From: a bacterium
GTDB lineage: Bacteria > Electryoneota > RPQS01
Direction of reading: 5' to 3'
Assembly: GCA_016721565.1 (NCBI GenBank)
Contig: JADKHW010000025.1
Location: 1,416-65,415, forward strand
DNA: 64,000 nucleotides
The notes beneath the pieces were generated by a model. It did not search any database, was not told where the DNA came from, and worked only from the letters and a program-made list of their open reading frames with translations. The translations under genes and the position numbers were made by a program. This document shows positions 9,244 through 17,439 of this stretch, piece by piece. Each line of letters starts with the position of its first letter. The stretch's first letter is position 1.

Positions 9244-9751
9244 GCTGTTCCTCTCTAAGAATGCCGCGCAGTTTGGTCAACGCTCGAAACTGCAAGGCTT
9301 TCGTAGCGCCTTCGGACTTGCCAATCGCGGCAGCGACTTCTTCAATCGAGTAGCCTTCGATAAATCGCATAATTACGACTTGATAATGTTCACCAGAAAG
9401 TGATCCCAGCGCGGCCGTCAAATCCATTTTCAAATCGGGATCGAAATGGGTTACCGGCGCATCGGGCAACTCATCTTCATCTCGATCTTGAATAATCCGC
9501 TGTCGTGTTCCGCGCTTACGGTAAAAATCGATGATGAGATTTTCGGCGATTTTATACAGCCAGCCCAACGCTGATACCGGCGTGTCGCAATTGGATTTAA
9601 GGGCGCGCAGAAATACATCGGACGCAAGGTCCTCAGAATCTTCCTTGGACGGTATCCGATAGGCGATATAGCGATACACTGCCTCATAATAGAGCTGGCA
9701 GTACTCTGCGGCCTTAGCTTGATCCAGGGATTGGCTCCAATGTCCGTTCAC
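9230..9751 (-). CDS. ECF (sigma-70 family) RNA polymerase sigma factor.
   Basis: Region 2 (DVFLRALKS ... LYKIAENLIIDFYRKR) and region 4 HTH (EGYSIEEVAAAIGKSEGATKALQFRALTKLR). Confidence 0.8.
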   Translation of the reverse strand: MNGHWSQSLDQAKAAEYCQLYYEAVYRYIAYRIPSKEDSEDLASDVFLRALKSNCDTPVSALGWLYKIAENLIIDFYRKRGTRQRIIQDRDEDELPDAPVTHFDPDLKMDLTAALGSLSGEHYQVVIMRFIEGYSIEEVAAAIGKSEGATKALQFRALTKLRGILREEQHAKS

Positions 9752-9872
9752 TTTGATAGACGTGCCACTTTACCAAAGGATACGCTAAAAAATTTCAGTT
9801 TGCTTCTTGACAAACGGGATTTATTTTTGTATGTTACCAACAAGTTAATTAACCAAACTGTTAATTACAGCC

Positions 9873-10217
9873 ATGCAAGACAGACTAACTCAAACATTTT
9901 CAGCACTTGCCGACCCAACTCGGCGAGCGATATTGGCCAGACTTTCATCCGGGGAAACCTCGGTGAATGATTTGGCGCGACCGTTTAAGATGACGGCTCC
10001 GGCCATTACCAAGCACCTGAAGGTGTTGGAAAAGGCGGGGTTAATCTCAAGGACGCGGCATGCCCAGTGGCGGCCAGCCAAGCTGGAGGCCCTTCCGCTC
10101 AAGGAGGCTTCGGACTGGATTGAGCAGTACCGGCAGATGTGGGAAGCGCGGTTTGACCGACTTGAAGAGTACTTGAAATATTTGCAAGCAAAGGGGAGTG
10201 ACCATGACGGAGAATAA
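9873..10217 (+). CDS. ArsR/SmtB-family metalloregulator-type HTH transcription factor.
   Basis: LADPTRRAILARL ... SVNDLARPFKMTAPAITKHLKVLEKAGLI is the canonical ArsR HTH. Confidence 0.85.
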   Translation: MQDRLTQTFSALADPTRRAILARLSSGETSVNDLARPFKMTAPAITKHLKVLEKAGLISRTRHAQWRPAKLEALPLKEASDWIEQYRQMWEARFDRLEEYLKYLQAKGSDHDGE

Positions 10218-10584
10218 GAAAACCGTCGAGCGCTACATGGACGGCTTCAACAAGTGGGACCATGAGCAGATTCTGTCGTGTTTGACGGATGACGTCGTGT
10301 GGGATATGCCCGGACAATATCATTGGGAGGGCAAGGCGGCCTTTACGAAAGAAATTACCAATGAGATGTTTGTCGGGAAGCCGATTGTGACAACGACGCG
10401 GATGACTGAAGAGAACGACATCGTCATTGCCGAGGGGACTGCACAGGCCATGCGCAAAGAGGGCGGGGTGTTGTATGTGATGTTTAGCGACGTGTTTGAA
10501 ATGCGCGGCGGCAAGATTAAGCGGCTCATCTCCTATATCATGGAAGTAAAGAGCTTTGACGTTCATAAATGGGGTGAGAAATGA
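10198..10584 (+). CDS. SnoaL-like / NTF2-fold protein.
   Basis: KTVERYMDGFNKWDHEQILSCLTDDVVWDMPG pattern typical of the SnoaL_2 / ketosteroid-isomerase-like fold. Overlaps arsR by 20 nt. Confidence 0.55.
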   Translation: MTMTENKKTVERYMDGFNKWDHEQILSCLTDDVVWDMPGQYHWEGKAAFTKEITNEMFVGKPIVTTTRMTEENDIVIAEGTAQAMRKEGGVLYVMFSDVFEMRGGKIKRLISYIMEVKSFDVHKWGEK

Positions 10585-11021
10585 AGAACAAGATTTCAAC
10601 GTGCCTGTGGTACGACGGCAAGGCTCAGGAGGCCGCGAACTTTTATGTGTCACTGTTTAAGGACGCGCGCGTTCTCAGCAGCAATCCGATGACGACAATT
10701 TTTGAATTGGACGGTCATCAGTATGTCGCGCTGAACGGCGGGCCGATGTACAAATTCACTGAAGCTGTATCTTTGATGGTCAACTGCGAAACGCAGGACG
10801 AAATTGACCGTTATTGGTCAAAGCTTTGTGAAGGTGGATCCGAGGGGCAATGCGGATGGTTGAAAGATAAGTACGGCCTCTCGTGGCAGGTCATTCCGAG
10901 TGTGCTGGGGAGTTTGCTCACAGATCCGGACAGAGAAAAATCGGGTCGAGCGTTGCAAGCCATGCTGCAAATGAAGAAGCTTGATATCGCGGCGCTGCAA
11001 AGAGCATTTGAAGGCAAGTAA
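10581..11021 (+). CDS. VOC-superfamily protein of the PhnB / 3-demethylubiquinone-9 methyltransferase-like family.
   Basis: STCLWYDGKAQEAANFYVSLF ... DRYWSKL ... QCGWLKDKYGLSWQVIP matches the PhnB-like family. 4-nt overlap with the previous gene. Confidence 0.7.
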   Translation: MKNKISTCLWYDGKAQEAANFYVSLFKDARVLSSNPMTTIFELDGHQYVALNGGPMYKFTEAVSLMVNCETQDEIDRYWSKLCEGGSEGQCGWLKDKYGLSWQVIPSVLGSLLTDPDREKSGRALQAMLQMKKLDIAALQRAFEGK

Positions 11022-11037
11022 CCGATAAGGAGATAAC

Positions 11038-11997
11038 ATGAACACCATGAGCAAACAACACGCAACAACCGCTGAACGCGAAATCATTACGTCACGCTTG
11101 GTTAACGCGCCACGCGCACTCGTTTGGAAGGTTTTTACGGATCCGAATCATCTCTCGCATTGGTGGGGACCGAACGGATTTTGGTCATCAACAAGGGAAT
11201 ACGATTTTCGAGTCGGCGGCATGTGGCTGTTTACGATGCACGGGCCAGACGGAATCGATTACCCGAACAAGGTCGTGTTTGAAGACATTGACGAACCGAA
11301 CTTCGTCTTCTACAAGCATATGGGCGAAGACAGCATGTCGCATGTGTACTTTGAAGCAATGATTTCTTTTGAAGAGCAGGGTGACAAGACGAATGTGACG
11401 CTGCGCTCGATCTTCCCGACTGCGCAGGAGCGCGATTTTGTGATTGAGAATTACGGCGCTGTGCAAGGCGCCCAGCAGACGCTGGCGAGGCTCAACGAAT
11501 TTGTGCAGCATCAGCAGAAGAAAGATACGCACAAGCTTGAGTTGACATTGCCGTCGGAATTGGAGGCGCGCTTCTCAAGACTCTTTGATGCACCGCGCGA
11601 AATGGTGTGGAAAGCTTGGACGGACAAGGAGCATTTGCAGAATTGGATGACGGGACCGGAAGGCTGGACGATGGAGATTTTAGAAAACGATCTGCGTCCG
11701 GGGGGAAATTGGAAATATGTGTGGCGCAAAACGAACTCGACGGAGATGGCGATGCATGGGGTTCATAAAGAAATCATCGCGCCATCGAAGCTTGTTTCAA
11801 CGGAAAATTGGGGCGGGCCTTATCCTGAAACGGTGAATCACCTCGTGCTGACGGAAGAAAACGGGAAGACTCGCATGACGCTGACGATTATCTATCCGAC
11901 TAAAGAAGCTCGCGAAGCGGCGCTGAAGACGGGTATGGATGACGGCATGACGGTTAGCTTCGACAGACTGAACAAGCTTGCCGTAAGCTTGCGATGA
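11038..11997 (+). CDS. Tandem-domain SRPBCC (AHSA1 / activator of Hsp90 ATPase homolog-like) protein.
   Basis: Two copies of the AHSA1-type domain (ITSRLVNAPRALVWKVFTDPNHLSHWWGP ... and LTLPSELEARFSRLFDAPREMVWKAWTDKEHLQNWM ...). Confidence 0.8.
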   Translation: MNTMSKQHATTAEREIITSRLVNAPRALVWKVFTDPNHLSHWWGPNGFWSSTREYDFRVGGMWLFTMHGPDGIDYPNKVVFEDIDEPNFVFYKHMGEDSMSHVYFEAMISFEEQGDKTNVTLRSIFPTAQERDFVIENYGAVQGAQQTLARLNEFVQHQQKKDTHKLELTLPSELEARFSRLFDAPREMVWKAWTDKEHLQNWMTGPEGWTMEILENDLRPGGNWKYVWRKTNSTEMAMHGVHKEIIAPSKLVSTENWGGPYPETVNHLVLTEENGKTRMTLTIIYPTKEAREAALKTGMDDGMTVSFDRLNKLAVSLR

Positions 11998-12377
11998 ACG
12001 AGGTCGATAAGTACCTCAAGGCGCTCCCCGATGACCAACGGGAAACGTTGGAAAAGCTGCGGCAAACGATTCTCTCTGTGGCCAAGGGTGCTGAAGAAAA
12101 GATCTCGTACGGCATGCCGACAGTGTATTACCAGGGAAACTTAGTTCATTACGCGGCGTTCAAAGAGCATATGAGCTTGTTTGGTGCAAGCGCGTTTATG
12201 ACTAAAGAATTGAAGGACGAACTTGAAGGGTACAAGACTTCAAAGGGAACCATTCAGTTCACTGTTGAAAAACCGCTGCCGGTAACTTTGGTCAAACGGA
12301 TTGTGAAGGCACGCATGATTGAAAACGAAGCCCGCGCGGAAGCGAAGGCTGCGAAGAAAGTGAAGAAGATAAAATGA
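11994..12377 (+). CDS. DUF1801 (YdhG-like) domain protein.
   Basis: KYLKALPDDQRETLEKLRQTIL ... KISYGMPTVYYQGNLVHYAAFKEHMSLF. 4-nt overlap with the upstream gene. Confidence 0.6.
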   Translation: MNEVDKYLKALPDDQRETLEKLRQTILSVAKGAEEKISYGMPTVYYQGNLVHYAAFKEHMSLFGASAFMTKELKDELEGYKTSKGTIQFTVEKPLPVTLVKRIVKARMIENEARAEAKAAKKVKKIK

Positions 12378-12787
12378 GCAGATCCAACTCCATTTCAAGG
12401 TGGGTGAATTTCGGTCCGCAATTGCAGAGTGTCTTGCGTATTGTTGCAGCATTTATGTTCATGCAATCGGGAACGATGAAACTTTTCGCATGGCCGATGG
12501 GAATGCCGCCGAATGGCAGCACAGCGGAATTCGGAACACAAATTTGGATTGGCGGAGTACTTGAGGCTTTCGGCGGATTGATGTTGTTGATCGGGTGGCT
12601 CACACGGCCTGTAGCGTTTATTCTTGCAGGTGAAATGGCGGTGGCCTATTTTCAGTTTCATCAGCCAAAAGGATTCTGGCCGGTAGAGAATGGCGGCGTG
12701 TCGGCTGTGGTTTACTGTTTCCTGTGGCTGTATTATTCGGCAGCGGGAGCTGGACCATGGAGTGTGGACGCGTGGAAATCAAAGTAG
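12374..12787 (+). CDS. DoxX-family membrane protein.
   Basis: Four TM segments, RIVAAFMFMQSGTMKLF ... motif. 4-nt overlap. Confidence 0.7.
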   Translation: MSRSNSISRWVNFGPQLQSVLRIVAAFMFMQSGTMKLFAWPMGMPPNGSTAEFGTQIWIGGVLEAFGGLMLLIGWLTRPVAFILAGEMAVAYFQFHQPKGFWPVENGGVSAVVYCFLWLYYSAAGAGPWSVDAWKSK

Positions 12788-12838
12788 ATTGAACATTTCG
12801 GATAGAATTAAATAACAAAGAACTCGGGAGAACCGAAG

Positions 12839-13330
12839 ATGAACGCACTGGATAAGATGCAGGTTGAGATTCTCGACCGGACGATAGTATTCACACGCAT
12901 GTTTGACGCACCGCGCCAGTTGGTGTGGGATGCTTGGACAAAGAAAGAGCATCTTGAGAAATGGTGGGGACCTCATCATTTCACGAACAAAGATTGCAGT
13001 ATTAGCCTTAAGAAAGACGGCAAGATGCTGGTGACGATGGTGGGGCCGGACGGTGGAGAGTATCCGTGCGAATTCGTTTACAATGAAATCATGCCAATTG
13101 AGAAGATTGTTTGGACGGATGTGGTGCATGACGGTGACTTTTGGGGGCCGGATGGTCCGCCGCCGAGCAGTGTGCTCACGATGCTGTTTGACGATCTCGG
13201 CAACAAGACTAAGATGACTATGACTTCGAAGTTTGAAACGAATGAAGGTCGAGATAAGATCGTTGCCATGGGAGCCGCGCAAGGTTGGGCGGAAAGTTTG
13301 GAAAGATTGGACGATTTGTTGAAGAACTAA
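12839..13330 (+). CDS. SRPBCC (AHSA1-like) protein, paralog A.
   Basis: FTRMFDAPRQLVWDAWTKKEHLEKWWGP. Confidence 0.8.
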   Translation: MNALDKMQVEILDRTIVFTRMFDAPRQLVWDAWTKKEHLEKWWGPHHFTNKDCSISLKKDGKMLVTMVGPDGGEYPCEFVYNEIMPIEKIVWTDVVHDGDFWGPDGPPPSSVLTMLFDDLGNKTKMTMTSKFETNEGRDKIVAMGAAQGWAESLERLDDLLKN

Positions 13331-13376
13331 GAGCCAGCGAAAGATAGTTCACAACAAATCAACCAAGGAAGAAGAT

Positions 13377-13865
13377 ATGAGCGGATTGAACAAGATGCAG
13401 GTGCAGATAAATGAGCGGGAACTCGTGTTCACACGCATGTTTGACGCGCCGCGTGAATTGGTGTGGGAGGCATGGACGAAAGAGGAGCATCTGCTCAACT
13501 GGTGGGGGCCTCATGGTTTCACTAACAAGGATTGCAGTGTTGATTTGAAGGCGGGCGGCAGCTTGAAAATCACAATGATGAGATCGGGCGAAGACTATCC
13601 TTGTCATCTCAATTTCTTTGAAATTGTGCCGCTCAAGAGGTTCGTTTGGACGGACAAGGCCAATCAGAGCGACGATTCTGGGCTTGATGGTGTGCCGCCC
13701 GGCAGCTCTATTACTGTGCTCTTCGAGGAAATCGAAAACAAGACCAAAGTGACGATGATTTTGACATACGGCTCCAACGAGGAACGCGACCAAGATATTT
13801 CACGTGGGGATGTCGAAGGATGGGCCGAGATGTTCGAAAAACTGGACGATTTGCTGAAGGGATAG
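13377..13865 (+). CDS. SRPBCC (AHSA1-like) protein, paralog B (tandem duplicate of 12839..13330).
   Basis: FTRMFDAPRELVWEAWTKEEHLLNWWGP. About 55% aa identity to the upstream copy over full length. Confidence 0.8.
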   Translation: MSGLNKMQVQINERELVFTRMFDAPRELVWEAWTKEEHLLNWWGPHGFTNKDCSVDLKAGGSLKITMMRSGEDYPCHLNFFEIVPLKRFVWTDKANQSDDSGLDGVPPGSSITVLFEEIENKTKVTMILTYGSNEERDQDISRGDVEGWAEMFEKLDDLLKG

Positions 13866-13888
13866 TCGAGAATTGCACGAAGATTATT

Positions 13889-13922
13889 GCGGGCAAACTT
13901 AATGCGAGTTTGCCCGTTTTTC
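13889..13922 (+). terminator. Intrinsic terminator ending the ArsR/SRPBCC cluster.
   Basis: GCGGGCAAACT-taatgcg-AGTTTGCCCG stem followed by TTTTTC. Confidence 0.6.
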
Positions 13923-14221
13923 TGTCAAAAAAGTTGCGCATAATTGGATATTCAAATCTTAGAAATAATGCAAACTTGATGTTTTACGTCTGATTTTAAG
14001 CACTCCTCTTCATGTGAAGACTTTCACATCGCGGTTGAAATATTTGAATTGTTAGTTGCGGAATAGTATTGTGTTAGGAGTAATGACACACATGGCTTCA
14101 CGAGATGTATGCACAAGTTACGCGCTTGCAAAGTGTAAGAAACTGCATTATCTTGCTATATCGTTTGTCAATTGACTAACATCACTTCAGCAATGTCAGC
14201 TCAGAATGGAGAGAATCCGAT

Positions 14222-15874
14222 ATGAGCCCAGCACGATTCCTTGCTTTTCCCCCGCTCTTGGCCTTGGTAGTTTCGGCCAGTATTATTCAAAACGTTTGCG
14301 CACTCGAATTAGCTCTGCAGGACACTTGGTGCGGAGTGAACGGTGCAACGAGATTGGTTTGCGATCTGGAGAATCACTTGTTGTATGTGACTTCTCCGAT
14401 TGATAATGAGATTGTCGTTATAGATGGCAGCGGCGCAATCGTCAACACAATTGGCCTCGACGGTCCACCTGCCGCAATTGACCTGACTGATGATGGGAAC
14501 ATCCTTGTTTCAGTTGATCGATCAGTGCGAAAGATCACGACTGACGGCACAGAACTTGTGTTGTTCGGATTTGTTGAAGATTATTTTGTAGATCCGCACG
14601 ATGTTCTCTCTGCGCCAGATGGCCGGGTTTATGTCGCCGACGACGATGACATCATCAAGGTATTTGACAGTGCAGGTGCTCCGCTTTTCACTTTTGGGAG
14701 TTACGGCTACTTTAACGGCCGGTTTGACGAGCCTGTGACGATTGAGTATAATTTGGTGAGTGATGAGATTGTCGTCACGGACCAAAATAACCATCGCATT
14801 CAGACATTTGACATCGAAGGAGATTTGCAACAGCATTGGGGGGCAGAAGGGAACGGACTCTATGCGGAAGGGACGTTCTTCCGTGCATTTGGAATGGACG
14901 TCGATGGGTTGGGTCAAGTTTGGACGCTTGACGTGCTCAACGATCTCGTGCAGGTCTTTGATACGGCGGGAGCGTTTATGTACTCGGCAAGTTTGAATAC
15001 GCCTGATATTCGCGGGGGAGTTGATATTGCAATTGACGGCAATCTTTTGTACGTAAGCTCGCCGTCAACGAACTGCGTTTATGTATATGGCATCTCGACC
15101 GGCACAGCACCGACGAATGAACCGTACGAACTTACGATTCTGTGGACGGAAGCCGGAACACAGTTGAATTGGAAGCCGCAGCCGGGAGCTATTGGTTATG
15201 TTGTGCAGCGCTCGGCAGATTTGGACTTTGCGGAAGCCGCGATAGAACAGATCGGCGTTGTAACGGATACCACATTCACAGATAATTTTGATTCAAATCC
15301 GCACACACTTTGTTACTATCGCGTGATTGCGGAAACTAATGTCAATCTTCCGGGTCTTGCAGAGGTACGCCTCGGAGACGGGCACTATCGCGATCCACTC
15401 GATACTGAGCATGATTCTCCGCATCATGTCACGGACGGGGTGAATTGCAATAGCTGCCATCTCAGGCCGTTTGTTTATCCGAGCCCACGGCCAGAGTGGT
15501 GGTTCGGCGATCATTTATGCAAGAGCTGTCACGTTGAAACGGGATTTGCAAAGGCTGTACAAACGCATTTAGGCGCAGATACTGTAAGGTGCGGAATTTG
15601 TCACAGTCCACATTACCATCAACCGCAGTTTGAGCGCTATTTCATTCGTAACGAGAACCCAGTCGGTGAAAGCGGCGGCATGTTTTTCAATAATGCTACA
15701 GACTTTGTGCACGGCGCGCCGGAGTACGACGGCATCTGCGAAATCTGCCATACGCAGACGGATTACTATCGTAGCAACGGCAAGGGTGCGGAACACAACC
15801 CGGGCAGCAATTGCATAACCTGCCACACACATGAAAACGGATTTATGCCAATAGCGGATCAGCGGAACGAATAG
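14222..15874 (+). CDS. Secreted fusion protein: six-bladed NHL-repeat beta-propeller, Fn3-like module and C-terminal multiheme cytochrome c domain (five CXXCH, including paired-CXXCH arrangement).
   Basis: Signal peptide MSPARFLAFPPLLALVVSASI. NHL-type repeats (YVAD, IVVTD, VWTLD ...). Heme motifs CNSCH, CKSCH, CGICH, CEICH, CITCH all in the last about 130 aa. No T9SS CTD. Confidence 0.75.
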   Translation: MSPARFLAFPPLLALVVSASIIQNVCALELALQDTWCGVNGATRLVCDLENHLLYVTSPIDNEIVVIDGSGAIVNTIGLDGPPAAIDLTDDGNILVSVDRSVRKITTDGTELVLFGFVEDYFVDPHDVLSAPDGRVYVADDDDIIKVFDSAGAPLFTFGSYGYFNGRFDEPVTIEYNLVSDEIVVTDQNNHRIQTFDIEGDLQQHWGAEGNGLYAEGTFFRAFGMDVDGLGQVWTLDVLNDLVQVFDTAGAFMYSASLNTPDIRGGVDIAIDGNLLYVSSPSTNCVYVYGISTGTAPTNEPYELTILWTEAGTQLNWKPQPGAIGYVVQRSADLDFAEAAIEQIGVVTDTTFTDNFDSNPHTLCYYRVIAETNVNLPGLAEVRLGDGHYRDPLDTEHDSPHHVTDGVNCNSCHLRPFVYPSPRPEWWFGDHLCKSCHVETGFAKAVQTHLGADTVRCGICHSPHYHQPQFERYFIRNENPVGESGGMFFNNATDFVHGAPEYDGICEICHTQTDYYRSNGKGAEHNPGSNCITCHTHENGFMPIADQRNE

Positions 15875-15912
15875 CCAACGGTAACGACCTCAGATTTGAT
15901 TATGAGAAAACA

Positions 15913-15944
15913 AAACGGCCACGACAATTGTCGTGGCCGTTTTA
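15913..15944. terminator. Bidirectional intrinsic terminator between convergent genes.
   Basis: A-run, GGCCACGACAA/TTGTCGTGGCC perfect palindromic stem, then T-run. Confidence 0.6.
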
Positions 15945-15966
15945 GTGTCGCGTTTGTGAAATAAGG

Positions 15967-17286
15967 TTAGGGCATTTGTTCGGATGCTATTACGATGTAG
16001 CTACGCTCAGCGGATTGCGCGGGGTCGATTGGCACGGTGGCAAAGGTATCCATTGTCGCGGCAACCAGATTTGTGAACGTTCCCTCGGAGGATACATCTT
16101 CATAAATCAAGAAATACGGGCTACCTTGCGAGCTCCATGAAAGTGTCACGTTGTTACCATTAGGAAGAATGGTGAGGTCGTTAATTGCCGGAGGAGGAGG
16201 CGCTCCCGCTTCACTCCATTGCGCAATATGTGAAGTGCTCGTGCCGCCTGCAGAGGAAAATATGCCGCCTGCAATACAGCCATTCTGATACGGTGTAACA
16301 ACAAAGACTGCGGCGAGCGACGGGTGAAACACACCACCGTTCATGTTAGACCAGGAAGTACCGTCCCATTTTGCAACGCTGCTTGCGGGACTACCTCCGG
16401 CTGAAGTGAAGATACCGCCTGCATAAAGATTCGTTCCGTTTGCACAGAGCGAGAGCGTGTAACCATAGGTTCCGCCACCTGGTCCGACTCCTAATGTTGA
16501 CCACGTGCTACCGTTCCACACTAAGCCGGGACCTGCTACAAGATTTGAGCCATAAGGCGTGAGAGCATAAAGTATTTGCGCAACTCCACCACCTAATGTA
16601 GACCATGTAGTGCCATTCCATTTGGCAATGTGGTTGGCTGGGTTTCCTCCTGCGGATGTAAAGAATCCTGCGGCAATCAACTCGTTTTGGTAAACAGTAA
16701 GTGCCAGGACTTGGCCTTGCGTTCCGCCGGCACCTGCACCCAATGCTGACCAAGCATGGCCATCCCACTGAGCGATGTAGTTTGCAGGACCGTTCGCATC
16801 GGTGAAGTATCCACCTGCGATAAGATTGCCGTTATAAACCGTCAGGGCCGACACAGTGCTGTTTGTTCCGCCTTCGAGATCGAGCCACTCGATGCCGTCC
16901 CACTTCGCGATGAACATGACTTCAATTCCACCCGCATTGACGAATTGTCCGGCAGCGATTAGTTCACCGTTGTAAACCGTGAGTGCGTTAACTTGACCAT
17001 CAACACCGCCGCCTATATCGACCCAATTAACGCCATCAAAACGCTTCAGAAAGCCGGGCGCTTCTCCTCCGGCAATTATCTCGCCGTTGTATTCACAGAC
17101 GGCATGAGTCCAGAACGGAAGTCCGTTGCCAATAGTTGACCAGTCTTGAGCAACGGCCTTGTTAGTAAAAGTACGAGGCAGAGCAGAGGCAGCAGAAGCA
17201 AGATATCTCGGAGTCGTTGTACATGTAGCAGTGGGTTTTTCATGTGGAGGCTGACGTTGAATTATGAATCTAATTTGAATTGTCAA
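15967..17286 (-). CDS. Hypothetical secreted protein with about 7 Kelch-like beta-propeller repeats and a C-terminal Fn3-like module.
   Basis: Repeating about 48-aa unit: ALTVYNGxLIAGGxFTxAGGxxANxIAKWDGxxWSxLGxG (di-Gly, Tyr and Trp spacing as in Kelch blades). Confidence 0.45.
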   Translation of the reverse strand: MTIQIRFIIQRQPPHEKPTATCTTTPRYLASAASALPRTFTNKAVAQDWSTIGNGLPFWTHAVCEYNGEIIAGGEAPGFLKRFDGVNWVDIGGGVDGQVNALTVYNGELIAAGQFVNAGGIEVMFIAKWDGIEWLDLEGGTNSTVSALTVYNGNLIAGGYFTDANGPANYIAQWDGHAWSALGAGAGGTQGQVLALTVYQNELIAAGFFTSAGGNPANHIAKWNGTTWSTLGGGVAQILYALTPYGSNLVAGPGLVWNGSTWSTLGVGPGGGTYGYTLSLCANGTNLYAGGIFTSAGGSPASSVAKWDGTSWSNMNGGVFHPSLAAVFVVTPYQNGCIAGGIFSSAGGTSTSHIAQWSEAGAPPPPAINDLTILPNGNNVTLSWSSQGSPYFLIYEDVSSEGTFTNLVAATMDTFATVPIDPAQSAERSYIVIASEQMP

Positions 17287-17392
17287 GCCAAGTTAGGCGG
17301 GTTTGTACTGAATGTCAATGCAACTGGTGCGGTAAATTCAATCTGATATTTATTGTCATATTTCCTTTTGCAACGAATTGTTTGTCATAATA

Positions 17393-17418
17393 AAGAAAGC
17401 CCACACCGCCGGGGCTTT
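17393..17418 (-). terminator. Putative intrinsic terminator for the FG-GAP gene.
   Basis: AAAGCCCC-loop-GGGGCTTT stem followed by CTTTATT on the minus strand. Confidence 0.4.
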
Positions 17419-17439
17419 GAGTCATAGTAACTCTACAGA

